A stretch of DNA of 64,000 bases from Bacillales bacterium UBA6449 (lineage in GTDB: Bacteria; Bacillota_I; Bacilli_A; RFN20; CAG-288): NCBI GenBank assembly GCA_002437105.1, contig DJOB01000005.1, positions 110,099-174,098 on the forward strand. The letters run 5' to 3'. Of this stretch, positions 38,691-47,361 are shown piece after piece (the stretch's first letter is position 1; the number at the start of each line of letters is the position of its first letter). A program made the translations under genes and the position numbers. A model generated the notes under the pieces. The model saw nothing but the letters and a program-made list of their open reading frames with translations. It had not been told where the DNA came from and searched no databases.

Positions 38691-39956
38691 CTACTTTATT
38701 ATGAGAGCGCCGTTGCTCTTCTTGCCTCGCCGGATGAATACGATCTTTCCGCCGATGGCTTGGTCCCGAGTGATCTTAGCGGCTATATCGGTAATCTTGT
38801 TTCCGTTGATCGACACGGCGGCACTGGTGACGAATCGGCGCGCCTCGCTCTTGGAGGAAGCGAGTTTGGTGTTGACCAAAGCGTCGAGGAGGGGGAAGTT
38901 ATCCTCGACTTCCGGGGCGCCTAACGAATGGGCGAGCTCCAGCGCCTCATCTGCGGTCAATCTGTTGAAATCACCGGAGAAGAGGGCGGCCGTCATCTCT
39001 TCGCACCTATCCGCGACCTTCTCGCCGTGAACCAGGGTGGTCACGATTCTAGCTAGAGCCTTTTGACCGGTCCTCAAGCCGGGATTCTCCATGTGCTTCT
39101 TGATGATCTCGTTGATCTTCTCTATGGGGTCAGGCGAGAAGATGTAGAGGAAGCGTCCCACATCGGCGTCGGGGACATTGATAAAGTACTGATATATATC
39201 AAAAGGAGAAGTCATGGAAGGATCCAGATAGAGGGCTCCCTTCTCGGATTTCCCGAATTTCTTACCATTAGAATCGGTAATCAATTTGACGGAGAAGACC
39301 TGGCACGGGCATTCGGGTCCCTCGCGGCGCTTGCAGAATTCCAGCGCGGTAGTCAGGTTGCCCCACTGGTCTCCGCCACCGATCTGGATGGTGCAGCCGT
39401 ACTTCTTCCGCAAGTTGTAGAAGTCTCCAGACTGGAGGATCATGTAGGAGAATTCGGTGTAGGAGATACCGCTGGTCTCCAGTCTCTTCTTGACGAGCTC
39501 CTTAGCAAGCATGTAGTTGACGGGAATCTGCTTTCCGTAGTCCCTGAGGAACTCGATCACATTGATCTTGCTCCACCAATCATAGTTATTGAGGAGGATA
39601 CCTTTCTCGGGTGAGGAGAAATCCAGGTACTTAGACAGCTGGGCGGCTAGGCACTTAGCATTTGCGAACACGCTATCAGCTCCCAAGAATGTTCTCTCCG
39701 CTGCCTTACCCGAAGGGTCACCGATCATTCCCGTGGCGCCTCCGACCAGGGCGATTATCCGGTGTCCCGCCTGCTGTAATTTCCTGAGGATGGTGATCAT
39801 GATGAAGTTTCCCAGTTGCATCGATTTGGCCGAAGGGTCGAATCCGCAGTAGATGGTCTGAGGAGTCTTGAGCAGCTCGCGGATCTTCTGCTCATCGGAG
39901 AAAGAGTCCAGCATTCCACGAACTTTGAGATCTTCGATAATATCGATTTTGTCCAT
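38691..39956 (-). CDS. tyrS: Tyrosyl-tRNA synthetase (TyrS type, with C-terminal S4-like domain)
   Basis: It is collinear with Geobacillus TyrRS: 'YCGFDPSAKSMQLGNF', 'ALVGGATGMIGDPSGK', 'IQIGGGDQWGN', 'KFGKSE' and 'RRGKK'. I prefer ATG 39956, 8 nt after AAGAGG; the track's TTG is at 39962. Confidence 0.92.
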   Translation of the reverse strand: MDKIDIIEDLKVRGMLDSFSDEQKIRELLKTPQTIYCGFDPSAKSMQLGNFIMITILRKLQQAGHRIIALVGGATGMIGDPSGKAAERTFLGADSVFANAKCLAAQLSKYLDFSSPEKGILLNNYDWWSKINVIEFLRDYGKQIPVNYMLAKELVKKRLETSGISYTEFSYMILQSGDFYNLRKKYGCTIQIGGGDQWGNLTTALEFCKRREGPECPCQVFSVKLITDSNGKKFGKSEKGALYLDPSMTSPFDIYQYFINVPDADVGRFLYIFSPDPIEKINEIIKKHMENPGLRTGQKALARIVTTLVHGEKVADRCEEMTAALFSGDFNRLTADEALELAHSLGAPEVEDNFPLLDALVNTKLASSKSEARRFVTSAAVSINGNKITDIAAKITRDQAIGGKIVFIRRGKKSNGALIIK

Positions 39957-40019
39957 AGTCAAAACCTCTTAAAAAGCTTTAATATTCTACACGAGTTAAG
40001 CCTTAAAGAGGGCTGCAGC

Positions 40020-40580
40020 TCATAAGGTGATGAGCAGGATCAGAACTGCAAAGACGAAGGCGATGAGGAATTCTAACCAGATGCGAAGGGGTTTAGGCTG
40101 GGGCTGTAGCGTGCGCACGATGGAGATAACCGTATCGCTATCTTTGGATTGGAGCGAGGCTAGTCTTTCCAGCTGAGACCTGAATTCTGAGGTTCTGATC
40201 GGTCCGGTCTTTTCTTTGAGGTAGGTGGTGACTGCCGCTTTAAGGGTGGGACTCCTGTTATTAAGATTTTTCTCTATAGCTTCTATTCCAGAATCTCCAT
40301 CGATGATCGATACAGAAACATCTTGGAGGAATTGCTTCAGCTCGATGGCATCGATACCGGGGTTGGCGCGCTTGCGGCGCAGCTTTAGATAGGCTAGTCC
40401 ACCCAGTCCTCCTCCCCCTAATAAGAGAGGAATTAGAATTTTAAGTGCGATACTCAGATTTCCTTGATAGATTAAGGCAAAGTAGGCAGAAATCACGATC
40501 GATATACCGACACATAGACCGCAGGTAAATTCGATGGTTTTTTCGATCTTTCTTCCGGTTTCTACACTGGTGCTATTCAT
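40020..40580 (-). CDS. Hypothetical membrane protein (186 aa; two N-terminal and one C-terminal TM segments)
   Basis: It overlaps the upstream ORF by 4 nt (ATGA). Hydrophobic segments are 'FTCGLCVGISIVISAYFALIY', 'ILIPLLLGGGGLGGLAYL' and 'WLEFLIAFVFAVLILLI'. Confidence 0.6.
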   Translation of the reverse strand: MNSTSVETGRKIEKTIEFTCGLCVGISIVISAYFALIYQGNLSIALKILIPLLLGGGGLGGLAYLKLRRKRANPGIDAIELKQFLQDVSVSIIDGDSGIEAIEKNLNNRSPTLKAAVTTYLKEKTGPIRTSEFRSQLERLASLQSKDSDTVISIVRTLQPQPKPLRIWLEFLIAFVFAVLILLITL

Positions 40581-41065
40581 ATTTTCTTCCTATTCTTTTG
40601 AGGGAATGACCATCTTATCGTGAGGCACAGAAGCAGCAGGGATGCACATATGCCAGATATGATGGAGGGGTCATACTTAGAACTATTCATAAAATTGAGG
40701 ACGATACTGACGGCTAAGGTCAAGACGGAATATGAAATGGCAGCGAGTCCCATATATCTAGTACGTCCCTGTAGGTATCTGGATTCTTTTTTGGCATATT
40801 CCTTTTTTAACTCAGCGATTATTCTTTCACCTTCGCTTTTGGGCTCAACATCTATTTCTGCTTTAATCATCTGGCTCTTGAGCGAGTTATCCGCGAGGAA
40901 TAGGGTTGAAGCCACTAGAACCATCAGCGAGATGATAGCGACTGCAAGATCTCTAGAAAGTAGGAATGAAGCGATGGAGACGATTGCGGATGCAATCAGG
41001 AAAAATAAGCCTTCCTTAAAACAGAGACCGACTGGATTGAATCTATTCTTATTAAAAAGGCTCAA
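40577..41065 (-). CDS. Hypothetical membrane protein (162 aa, about four TM segments)
   Basis: The TTG start lies 7 nt after AAGGAGGTG. Two TM pairs flank a charged loop 'KSEGERIIAELKKEYAKKESRY'. Confidence 0.6.
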   Translation of the reverse strand: MSLFNKNRFNPVGLCFKEGLFFLIASAIVSIASFLLSRDLAVAIISLMVLVASTLFLADNSLKSQMIKAEIDVEPKSEGERIIAELKKEYAKKESRYLQGRTRYMGLAAISYSVLTLAVSIVLNFMNSSKYDPSIISGICASLLLLCLTIRWSFPQKNRKKI

Positions 41066-41111
41066 GGCTGTTCACCTCCTTGAGTCTCTATGTATGTTTG
41101 AGGAATTTCTG

Positions 41112-44100
41112 CTATTTAACCTGACGCGTCCTGCCATCGGTTAAGGAATAGAGGATCATTTGGATGTCGTCAAGAGGTATTCCTTTAAGTTTAGAAATGG
41201 CATTTTGATAGACTTTCAGCTGGTTATCGTAGTGCTGATCATCAAGTCTTTTAGTCTTGTAGTCGACGATTATCGATGAAGGGTGACCGCTCTGAAGATT
41301 CTTGAGAATGAGTAGATCGATCCTACCTTCAGTCTCCGTGTCAGGATCGAGATACGACCACTCAGGGTAGAATGAGATATCCGACCCGTTCTGGCTCTCC
41401 TTAACTAGATCCTGTATGAGTTTTGATCGTATGAATCTATCTACAATCCGGTGAGCTTCTTTATCCTTGATGAACGAGCTATCTAGAGGTTTCTTAGGGA
41501 AGGTATCCCAATTGAGCAACTCTAGATATTTATGAAGGGTAGTGCCAAATATTTCATCTTTAAGAGTCGCAACGCCATGCGTTCCTGAACTAGCTCGACT
41601 TTTACTGCTCTGCTGTCCCTTGGTATGGGTTGAAATTGTGTTCGAGGGCACATCGATCGAACCGGTGATATCGGTAGTGACTGGATAAGGAACCTTGGTA
41701 AAGATATTCCAGTTATTTAGAGTGTTATCTTTCAATTGCTTATCTAGAGAACTATCTAAGGTAAATCTGATATCAGGTGTGGAACGAACGATGACTTGGC
41801 CATAATTAAGTCTATCGTTGGGAGCTATAGAGGCCTGTAAAAAAGCTTTCTCGGTATTACCTGGGGCGATGAAGATGACACTATTGATAGCCCTGGTGAC
41901 AGCAACATAGTAAAGGCGTACAAATTCGCTAGCATTTTCAAGGGAATCTTTATATTTAAAGACTTTGCATTGAGGAAGGAAGATGCTCTTAGAATCGGGG
42001 CTCGTTACACACCTTAATAGTTTATTTTCGTTAAGAATAAAACCTAGATCTGAGTCGAAGGTGACGCCAGAGGATTCATTTGGATTTTTGGAATTTGACG
42101 ACACATCGAAGGGAAGGATAACGATGGGGTACTCTAGGCCCTTTGATTTATGGACGTTGATAATAGTGACAGCACCATTTCCGTCTTTGACACCATACTC
42201 CGCCGTGGTTTCAATCTCTTCATTATTCGCAGCTCCAGAGGAGAAGAATTGGGAGATGGTAGAGAGGCTCTGGCCGAGGTCGGATAGTTCCTGTACCTTC
42301 AGATAGAACCACTCAAAGGCTTCGAAATTCTTCTCTGTGTTATTCAGGGTTGAAATCTTTGTTGTGAAATCAAAACTATTGCAGAGCAAGCGGAATATCT
42401 CGATCGGGCTAGTTAGATTGGGATCGATCAATTTATTGACTCTATCATCGATAAACCTTATGAGTTCATTATCTTTTAGCTCATTGATTCTTCGGATCGA
42501 GTTATTGATCTTCTGAACATCTTGGATCACCTGGGCATCACTGCGCTGGAATATGAAGCTTCTTTCGATGCTGGCCACCGATCTTTTAAGCCCGCTGATG
42601 TCGCCCTTATCTAGTAAACCTTTATTCCTCTTAGCTTTTAGCAGGATAGATTCAAGCTTTAATAGTGAGGCGGCCGTGATGGCAACAATTGTCTTAGTCA
42701 TATTAGTATTAATCTTGATAGTAAAGGGAATATTTCTCTTACTTAGAGAATGTATGATGAAATCCAATTTCTTCTTTTTATCTATCAAAATTGCGAAGCT
42801 GCCATAACTGATGGGAGCCTTCTCGCCCTCTTTCTTGGAGGGGTAAATAATTTTTTTAGATTTGACTAAGCTATCGATCTTTTCAGCAACCATTTCCGCG
42901 GTGGCAATGTCTCTCTGATATTTTTTCTTGGGTGTTTCAAATAGTTTGAGTGAAGTATCATCGAATTCGATGGCTTTACCCTTTAGAATCTCATTGGCCA
43001 TGATGAGCTGCTGGTTAGAATCGTTTTCGTAATCAACGCCGCCCAACTCGGGTGTCATAAGTTTCTTAAAGATCTGGTTGGTCTGATCGATAACATCCTG
43101 GGAGGAACGGAAATTCTTCTTCATCGCGATCACGGTGAAATCGTATTTCTTAGGTTTAGAGGAGTATTTGTCTAAGAAGAGTTGGGGCACAGCACCCCGG
43201 AAACGATAGATCGATTGCTTTACATCTCCCACCATGAAGGTGATCTTTTTAGAGAAGAGTTTAAATGTGTCGGAAGTATCAGGATTTTTGGCTGTACAAA
43301 AGTCTTTGTACTCTTTCTCTTCCGTACCTAGAATCCTCAGCATCTCTTCCTGTGTGTGGTCAGAGTCCTGGTATTCATCGACCATGATCGACTTTATGCG
43401 GAATCTTTCGGCGGCGCGAATCTCCAAGTTATCTCTGAGAAGCTGGATGCACTTCAACTTGATATCAGAGAAGGTATAGCAGTTATGTTCGGCTTTGAAG
43501 GATTGCAGTCTATCTTCTACTGACTTCTCAATGGAGTAGGCGTATGCCACCAGCTTTGCGATATCGTCGTCATAATCTTTCTGTGCGGTGGTGCTAATTA
43601 CATTTTCTAAGCTACTGACGATTTTATCTAATGGATCCTTGAAGTTTTTCTTGGCTGCGTCTGCCAAAACTTCTCCATAGCAATTTTTCCACCATGATCT
43701 GTCATTTGGATGAATTAAATTCTCTGACTCACCTTTTTTGGGCTTGCAGCCTGTGAAGCTGATGCAGTCGAGATCACTTCTCATCCTACTTATTCTGTCA
43801 TCAGCATGGGAAATCGCAATCCACTCTCTTATCTTCTCTTCTAGGAATTCGATCAGTGCCGGAAAGAAAGGTTGACTGTTGCTTGCTATAGCTTCCTGTT
43901 GAGGCTTAACGATTTGGTCTCGACTAACTAGGACATGGATGTACCACTTTATTTTTTCGATGACCATATTGGTGAATTGCATCTGAATATTTTCGATGGC
44001 AGAAGTCGAGGCGTATTTATTTTTGTAGTCGGCTAGTTCGCCATCTAGATTTTGGTCGTGCTCTCGAGCCTTTTTTATACTTTCTATAAAGGATTTGAGG

Positions 44101-44681
44101 AATGATCCATCTCTAGCTGTACAAATGTTATAGAAATCTTCTAATCGCTTGTTATTTCCCTCGTTTAAGCTCTTGTATTCATCGTTTAGCTTTTCATCTA
44201 GGAAATTATCGAAGATGAAATTCTCGGCCGTTTCAGAGATGTTGGTGTAGGCCGGATCGATATTGAGCACATCGGCATACTTTCTAACTATCTGGCTGCA
44301 GAAGGAATCAAAGGTGCAGATGGTGGCGGAAGCCGATTTTGCTGCTTCAGCTCTTAGACGCTCTGCGACCTCCGCGTCGAGGAAACTGAGTTCTGGCACT
44401 CCTTTATCTATATCATCTGCCAGTTTATTTAAAGTCTTGCCGATTCTTTCCTTCATCTCGTTGGCGGCATTGTTGGTAAAGGTGATAATGAGCATCTGAT
44501 CGATCGAGAGACCTTTGACGAGAATTTGGAAAATCACCCGGTATGTCAAGGCGAAAGTCTTTCCACATCCCGCACCAGCAGAGAGGAGGACGTTCTCATT
44601 CCAAGCCGTGATGGCCTTTATCTTTTCATCGTCGATATTTTTCTTCTTCAGAAATTCTATGAACTGTTCTTTAGTGCACAT
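41112..44681 (-). CDS. addA: ATP-dependent helicase/nuclease subunit A (AddA/RexA)
   Basis: UvrD-like motifs are 'SAGAGCGKT', 'TFTNNAANEM', 'VDEYQDS', 'VGDVKQSIYRFRGA', 'HKSKGLEYP' and 'YVAVTRA'. The C-terminal RecB nuclease motif is 'GRIDLLIL...IVDYKTK'. Confidence 0.92.
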   Translation of the reverse strand: MCTKEQFIEFLKKKNIDDEKIKAITAWNENVLLSAGAGCGKTFALTYRVIFQILVKGLSIDQMLIITFTNNAANEMKERIGKTLNKLADDIDKGVPELSFLDAEVAERLRAEAAKSASATICTFDSFCSQIVRKYADVLNIDPAYTNISETAENFIFDNFLDEKLNDEYKSLNEGNNKRLEDFYNICTARDGSFLKSFIESIKKAREHDQNLDGELADYKNKYASTSAIENIQMQFTNMVIEKIKWYIHVLVSRDQIVKPQQEAIASNSQPFFPALIEFLEEKIREWIAISHADDRISRMRSDLDCISFTGCKPKKGESENLIHPNDRSWWKNCYGEVLADAAKKNFKDPLDKIVSSLENVISTTAQKDYDDDIAKLVAYAYSIEKSVEDRLQSFKAEHNCYTFSDIKLKCIQLLRDNLEIRAAERFRIKSIMVDEYQDSDHTQEEMLRILGTEEKEYKDFCTAKNPDTSDTFKLFSKKITFMVGDVKQSIYRFRGAVPQLFLDKYSSKPKKYDFTVIAMKKNFRSSQDVIDQTNQIFKKLMTPELGGVDYENDSNQQLIMANEILKGKAIEFDDTSLKLFETPKKKYQRDIATAEMVAEKIDSLVKSKKIIYPSKKEGEKAPISYGSFAILIDKKKKLDFIIHSLSKRNIPFTIKINTNMTKTIVAITAASLLKLESILLKAKRNKGLLDKGDISGLKRSVASIERSFIFQRSDAQVIQDVQKINNSIRRINELKDNELIRFIDDRVNKLIDPNLTSPIEIFRLLCNSFDFTTKISTLNNTEKNFEAFEWFYLKVQELSDLGQSLSTISQFFSSGAANNEEIETTAEYGVKDGNGAVTIINVHKSKGLEYPIVILPFDVSSNSKNPNESSGVTFDSDLGFILNENKLLRCVTSPDSKSIFLPQCKVFKYKDSLENASEFVRLYYVAVTRAINSVIFIAPGNTEKAFLQASIAPNDRLNYGQVIVRSTPDIRFTLDSSLDKQLKDNTLNNWNIFTKVPYPVTTDITGSIDVPSNTISTHTKGQQSSKSRASSGTHGVATLKDEIFGTTLHKYLELLNWDTFPKKPLDSSFIKDKEAHRIVDRFIRSKLIQDLVKESQNGSDISFYPEWSYLDPDTETEGRIDLLILKNLQSGHPSSIIVDYKTKRLDDQHYDNQLKVYQNAISKLKGIPLDDIQMILYSLTDGRTRQVK

Positions 44682-44683
44682 AT

Positions 44684-47356
44684 CTAGTCCTCTGAATCAT
44701 CATCGTCATCATCATCGTCTATCTGTTTTTGGTTATATTCCGCATCGGTCAATATGTCATTACGACGCTTGAGACCAGTCAGATCGAAGGAGATATCTTG
44801 GAAAGTATCTTCATGTGAGTCATTATCAGATGAACCTGAAGGGTCGTACGGAAAATATGGGAACCATATCTTATTTTTGGTTATAGGTGATGTTATCGGT
44901 CCACCATTTTGAAGGTAGCCGATAATTTCATTGAGCTGTAGGTAAGCTTTCTTTATAATGTCCTGATAATCTTGTGAGCAGCCAGTTTCTTTGAATAGTT
45001 CATCAGGCTTGGGACCATATCCATTTTTCAAGCTAGCGTATTGACTCTCGATATCTTTTTTTAGACTCTCCTTTTTAGCTGCCCAAACCGTGTCATTCCT
45101 TTTGCCATCCGCACTTACAGATTTGATGGAATCGTCTTGTATCTGGTTCATCAAACTGTAGCCTGTAAATATATTTTTCGTGGAATTTGCTCTGCTGAAA
45201 TTATCGCTCTGAAGGCTCACGATAAAGGCCCCAAAGGGATAATTTAGATTCGATAGCTGGGTATTATCTTTTGATTTCGATAGTTCATTATAAAAGAGTA
45301 TGTAATAGGGAAGTTGCATGGTATTCCCCATGAGCGACTGTTTAGCATTTACTTTTTGGCTCGTATTCGTTGTCTTCTTAAAATCGATTATCGCCGCTTT
45401 TCCTTCTAGATCTTTTCCCTCGATGCTGTAGATCGCATCTGTCTTCAGGGTGAAGTAGAACTTGTCAGGAATCAGTTCGACTTTAGCGCTGAATTCATCC
45501 CTCTTTGTACCATCAGAGTCATTATCCGGGTGAATCAGATGGAAACCAACTTGCTTTTCTGCATCTAATAGGACCGGCTTAACATTATTCTCATAGTCCT
45601 TTAGTGCTCTCTTCATGAAGAACTCATATTCGTCGCGTCCGTGACCATCCTGAGGGAACGTGATGTCCTTAAGGATCGATTCGATTGATGCTTTTTCATC
45701 AAATTCATCACGCTCTTCGGCCGCTAGATGGAGAAAGCTTCCCTCGAGACTATTGAGGTTATCACTACGGAGTTGAAGTATATTCTGGCAATAGTAAAGG
45801 AACGGATTCTTGTAGTAATTATCTATGCTGGAATAGGAAAGGGTAATCTTCTTGTCCTCTTTGGAAGGATCGAAGTATTTTTTCAGATAGGAAACAGTCT
45901 GATCATCCGAGCTGAATTCCGGATTGTAGCTGCCGAAGTTATCGTGGAGCTCTTTTCTAATCGATATTGCTTCCGTGGCTAGGTGGCTGGTTATTCTCGT
46001 CCGCTGGTATAGATCATCTCCGAGGCTGGCGATAATCTTGAGGTCTGCGGGAGTGGAGTTAGCATCCTTGATACCGTAGGCATTGTACTTCGCTTTCGAT
46101 TCGCACCAGGGAGTCTCTTTTAGGAAGGAGCAGCTGCCGAGGAAATAGACGGGTACAAACGAGGTAAAGGAATCTGATTTGGCGCGGGAAAGATATAGAT
46201 CGGGTGCTAAAGACAATATGGCTTCAATGTCGTTTCTGTTGCTGATATTTTTGGTCACGCTATCCGATTGATAGGTGGCTTCAGCTTTTAGACCATCTGG
46301 AATTAAATCTTTATCTTTGACTGGCTGTACTAGATTACTCGAAAAGCCGAGTATCAGTAGATTCTTCTTATAGGGGACAGCCGAGAATGAGTTGACGACA
46401 GTGATGGCGTTCGTTCCGTTCTGGGCGATAGATATGTTAGAGATCTTCGCTTTCAGGTAATCCTTGATGAGATCCTTGTCTCTGTTCGGGTCAATCAATG
46501 AATTGGCGAGGGCGTATTCGACTTGACTCACCGCCTCCTGGAGTTTAGCGATAGCTGGGTTATGACTATTATTTGAATTGAGATCGGAGATGGGTTGCGC
46601 ATCAAGGTTATTTACATATGATTCGATAGCCTTTTGGATAGCGGCGATATTCCTTGACTTGGTCAGAGGCAGGTTGAATTTAAGCCCGTACACGGGTTCT
46701 AGCATGGCTAGATAGTTGTTGTAGATACGAGGACAGAGGATGCATATGTCGCTCAGTTTGATCTCATCTCCTTTCTTGTGGATGAGATCGAATAGATGGG
46801 ACATCGCGAAGAGGAGTTCAGTTCTAGCTTTGGGGAAGACTGTAATCTGGCTGACTTTTCTATTCAAGAGGCTGGTGTGGTTAAAGATTGGGCTGGGTGA
46901 GAATGGATCGATGGTCTGGATCTTCTCGGGGGCGGCGGCACTCGCGCTCCGAATCTTATCTAGTGCCTCATAGAGGTCAGGAGCACTCTCTTTGCTGTAT
47001 CCGATAACGTAGATTGGTGAATCCAACAGTTGCTTTTTCCCGAGATCGTCGAAGATAAGAAATTTCTTGGCTTCATCTCTATTCGTAAAGAGTTTGTCGA
47101 TAGTGACGATGGTCGAAGCTGGCCTTTTGTCCTTCAGCATCCTGAGGGTCTCTAGCTGATTCTTTGTCGCATTGAATCCTTTGAGACCTTTACGGGAAGC
47201 GTACCCGAGAATATTGAAATCCTCGATCTTGCCAAAGGCGATATCGAGAACTTCCCTCTTGTCCATGAAGCAGGCTCTAGAGAAGTATCCTCTATCGATA
47301 ATTAAATCCTTTAGATATCTTGGAGTGATGACTACTGCTCTCTCTGAAATGCTCAT
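44684..47356 (-). CDS. addB: Helicase/nuclease subunit B (short AddB/RexB-like; no Walker A, no C-terminal Cys cluster)
   Basis: It sits immediately upstream of addA with a 2-nt gap. It is 890 aa with a PD-(D/E)xK-like 'LKTDAIY...AAIIDFKKT' and a tail 'QIDDDDDDDDSED'. Confidence 0.7.
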   Translation of the reverse strand: MSISERAVVITPRYLKDLIIDRGYFSRACFMDKREVLDIAFGKIEDFNILGYASRKGLKGFNATKNQLETLRMLKDKRPASTIVTIDKLFTNRDEAKKFLIFDDLGKKQLLDSPIYVIGYSKESAPDLYEALDKIRSASAAAPEKIQTIDPFSPSPIFNHTSLLNRKVSQITVFPKARTELLFAMSHLFDLIHKKGDEIKLSDICILCPRIYNNYLAMLEPVYGLKFNLPLTKSRNIAAIQKAIESYVNNLDAQPISDLNSNNSHNPAIAKLQEAVSQVEYALANSLIDPNRDKDLIKDYLKAKISNISIAQNGTNAITVVNSFSAVPYKKNLLILGFSSNLVQPVKDKDLIPDGLKAEATYQSDSVTKNISNRNDIEAILSLAPDLYLSRAKSDSFTSFVPVYFLGSCSFLKETPWCESKAKYNAYGIKDANSTPADLKIIASLGDDLYQRTRITSHLATEAISIRKELHDNFGSYNPEFSSDDQTVSYLKKYFDPSKEDKKITLSYSSIDNYYKNPFLYYCQNILQLRSDNLNSLEGSFLHLAAEERDEFDEKASIESILKDITFPQDGHGRDEYEFFMKRALKDYENNVKPVLLDAEKQVGFHLIHPDNDSDGTKRDEFSAKVELIPDKFYFTLKTDAIYSIEGKDLEGKAAIIDFKKTTNTSQKVNAKQSLMGNTMQLPYYILFYNELSKSKDNTQLSNLNYPFGAFIVSLQSDNFSRANSTKNIFTGYSLMNQIQDDSIKSVSADGKRNDTVWAAKKESLKKDIESQYASLKNGYGPKPDELFKETGCSQDYQDIIKKAYLQLNEIIGYLQNGGPITSPITKNKIWFPYFPYDPSGSSDNDSHEDTFQDISFDLTGLKRRNDILTDAEYNQKQIDDDDDDDDSED

Positions 47357-47361
47357 GTATC

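Noticed and set aside
39957-40019. A T-box riboswitch leader upstream of tyrS.
   Set aside because: Only about 60 nt separate tyrS from the upstream ORF. That is far too short for a T-box (specifier loop plus antiterminator), and no T-box consensus sequence is visible.
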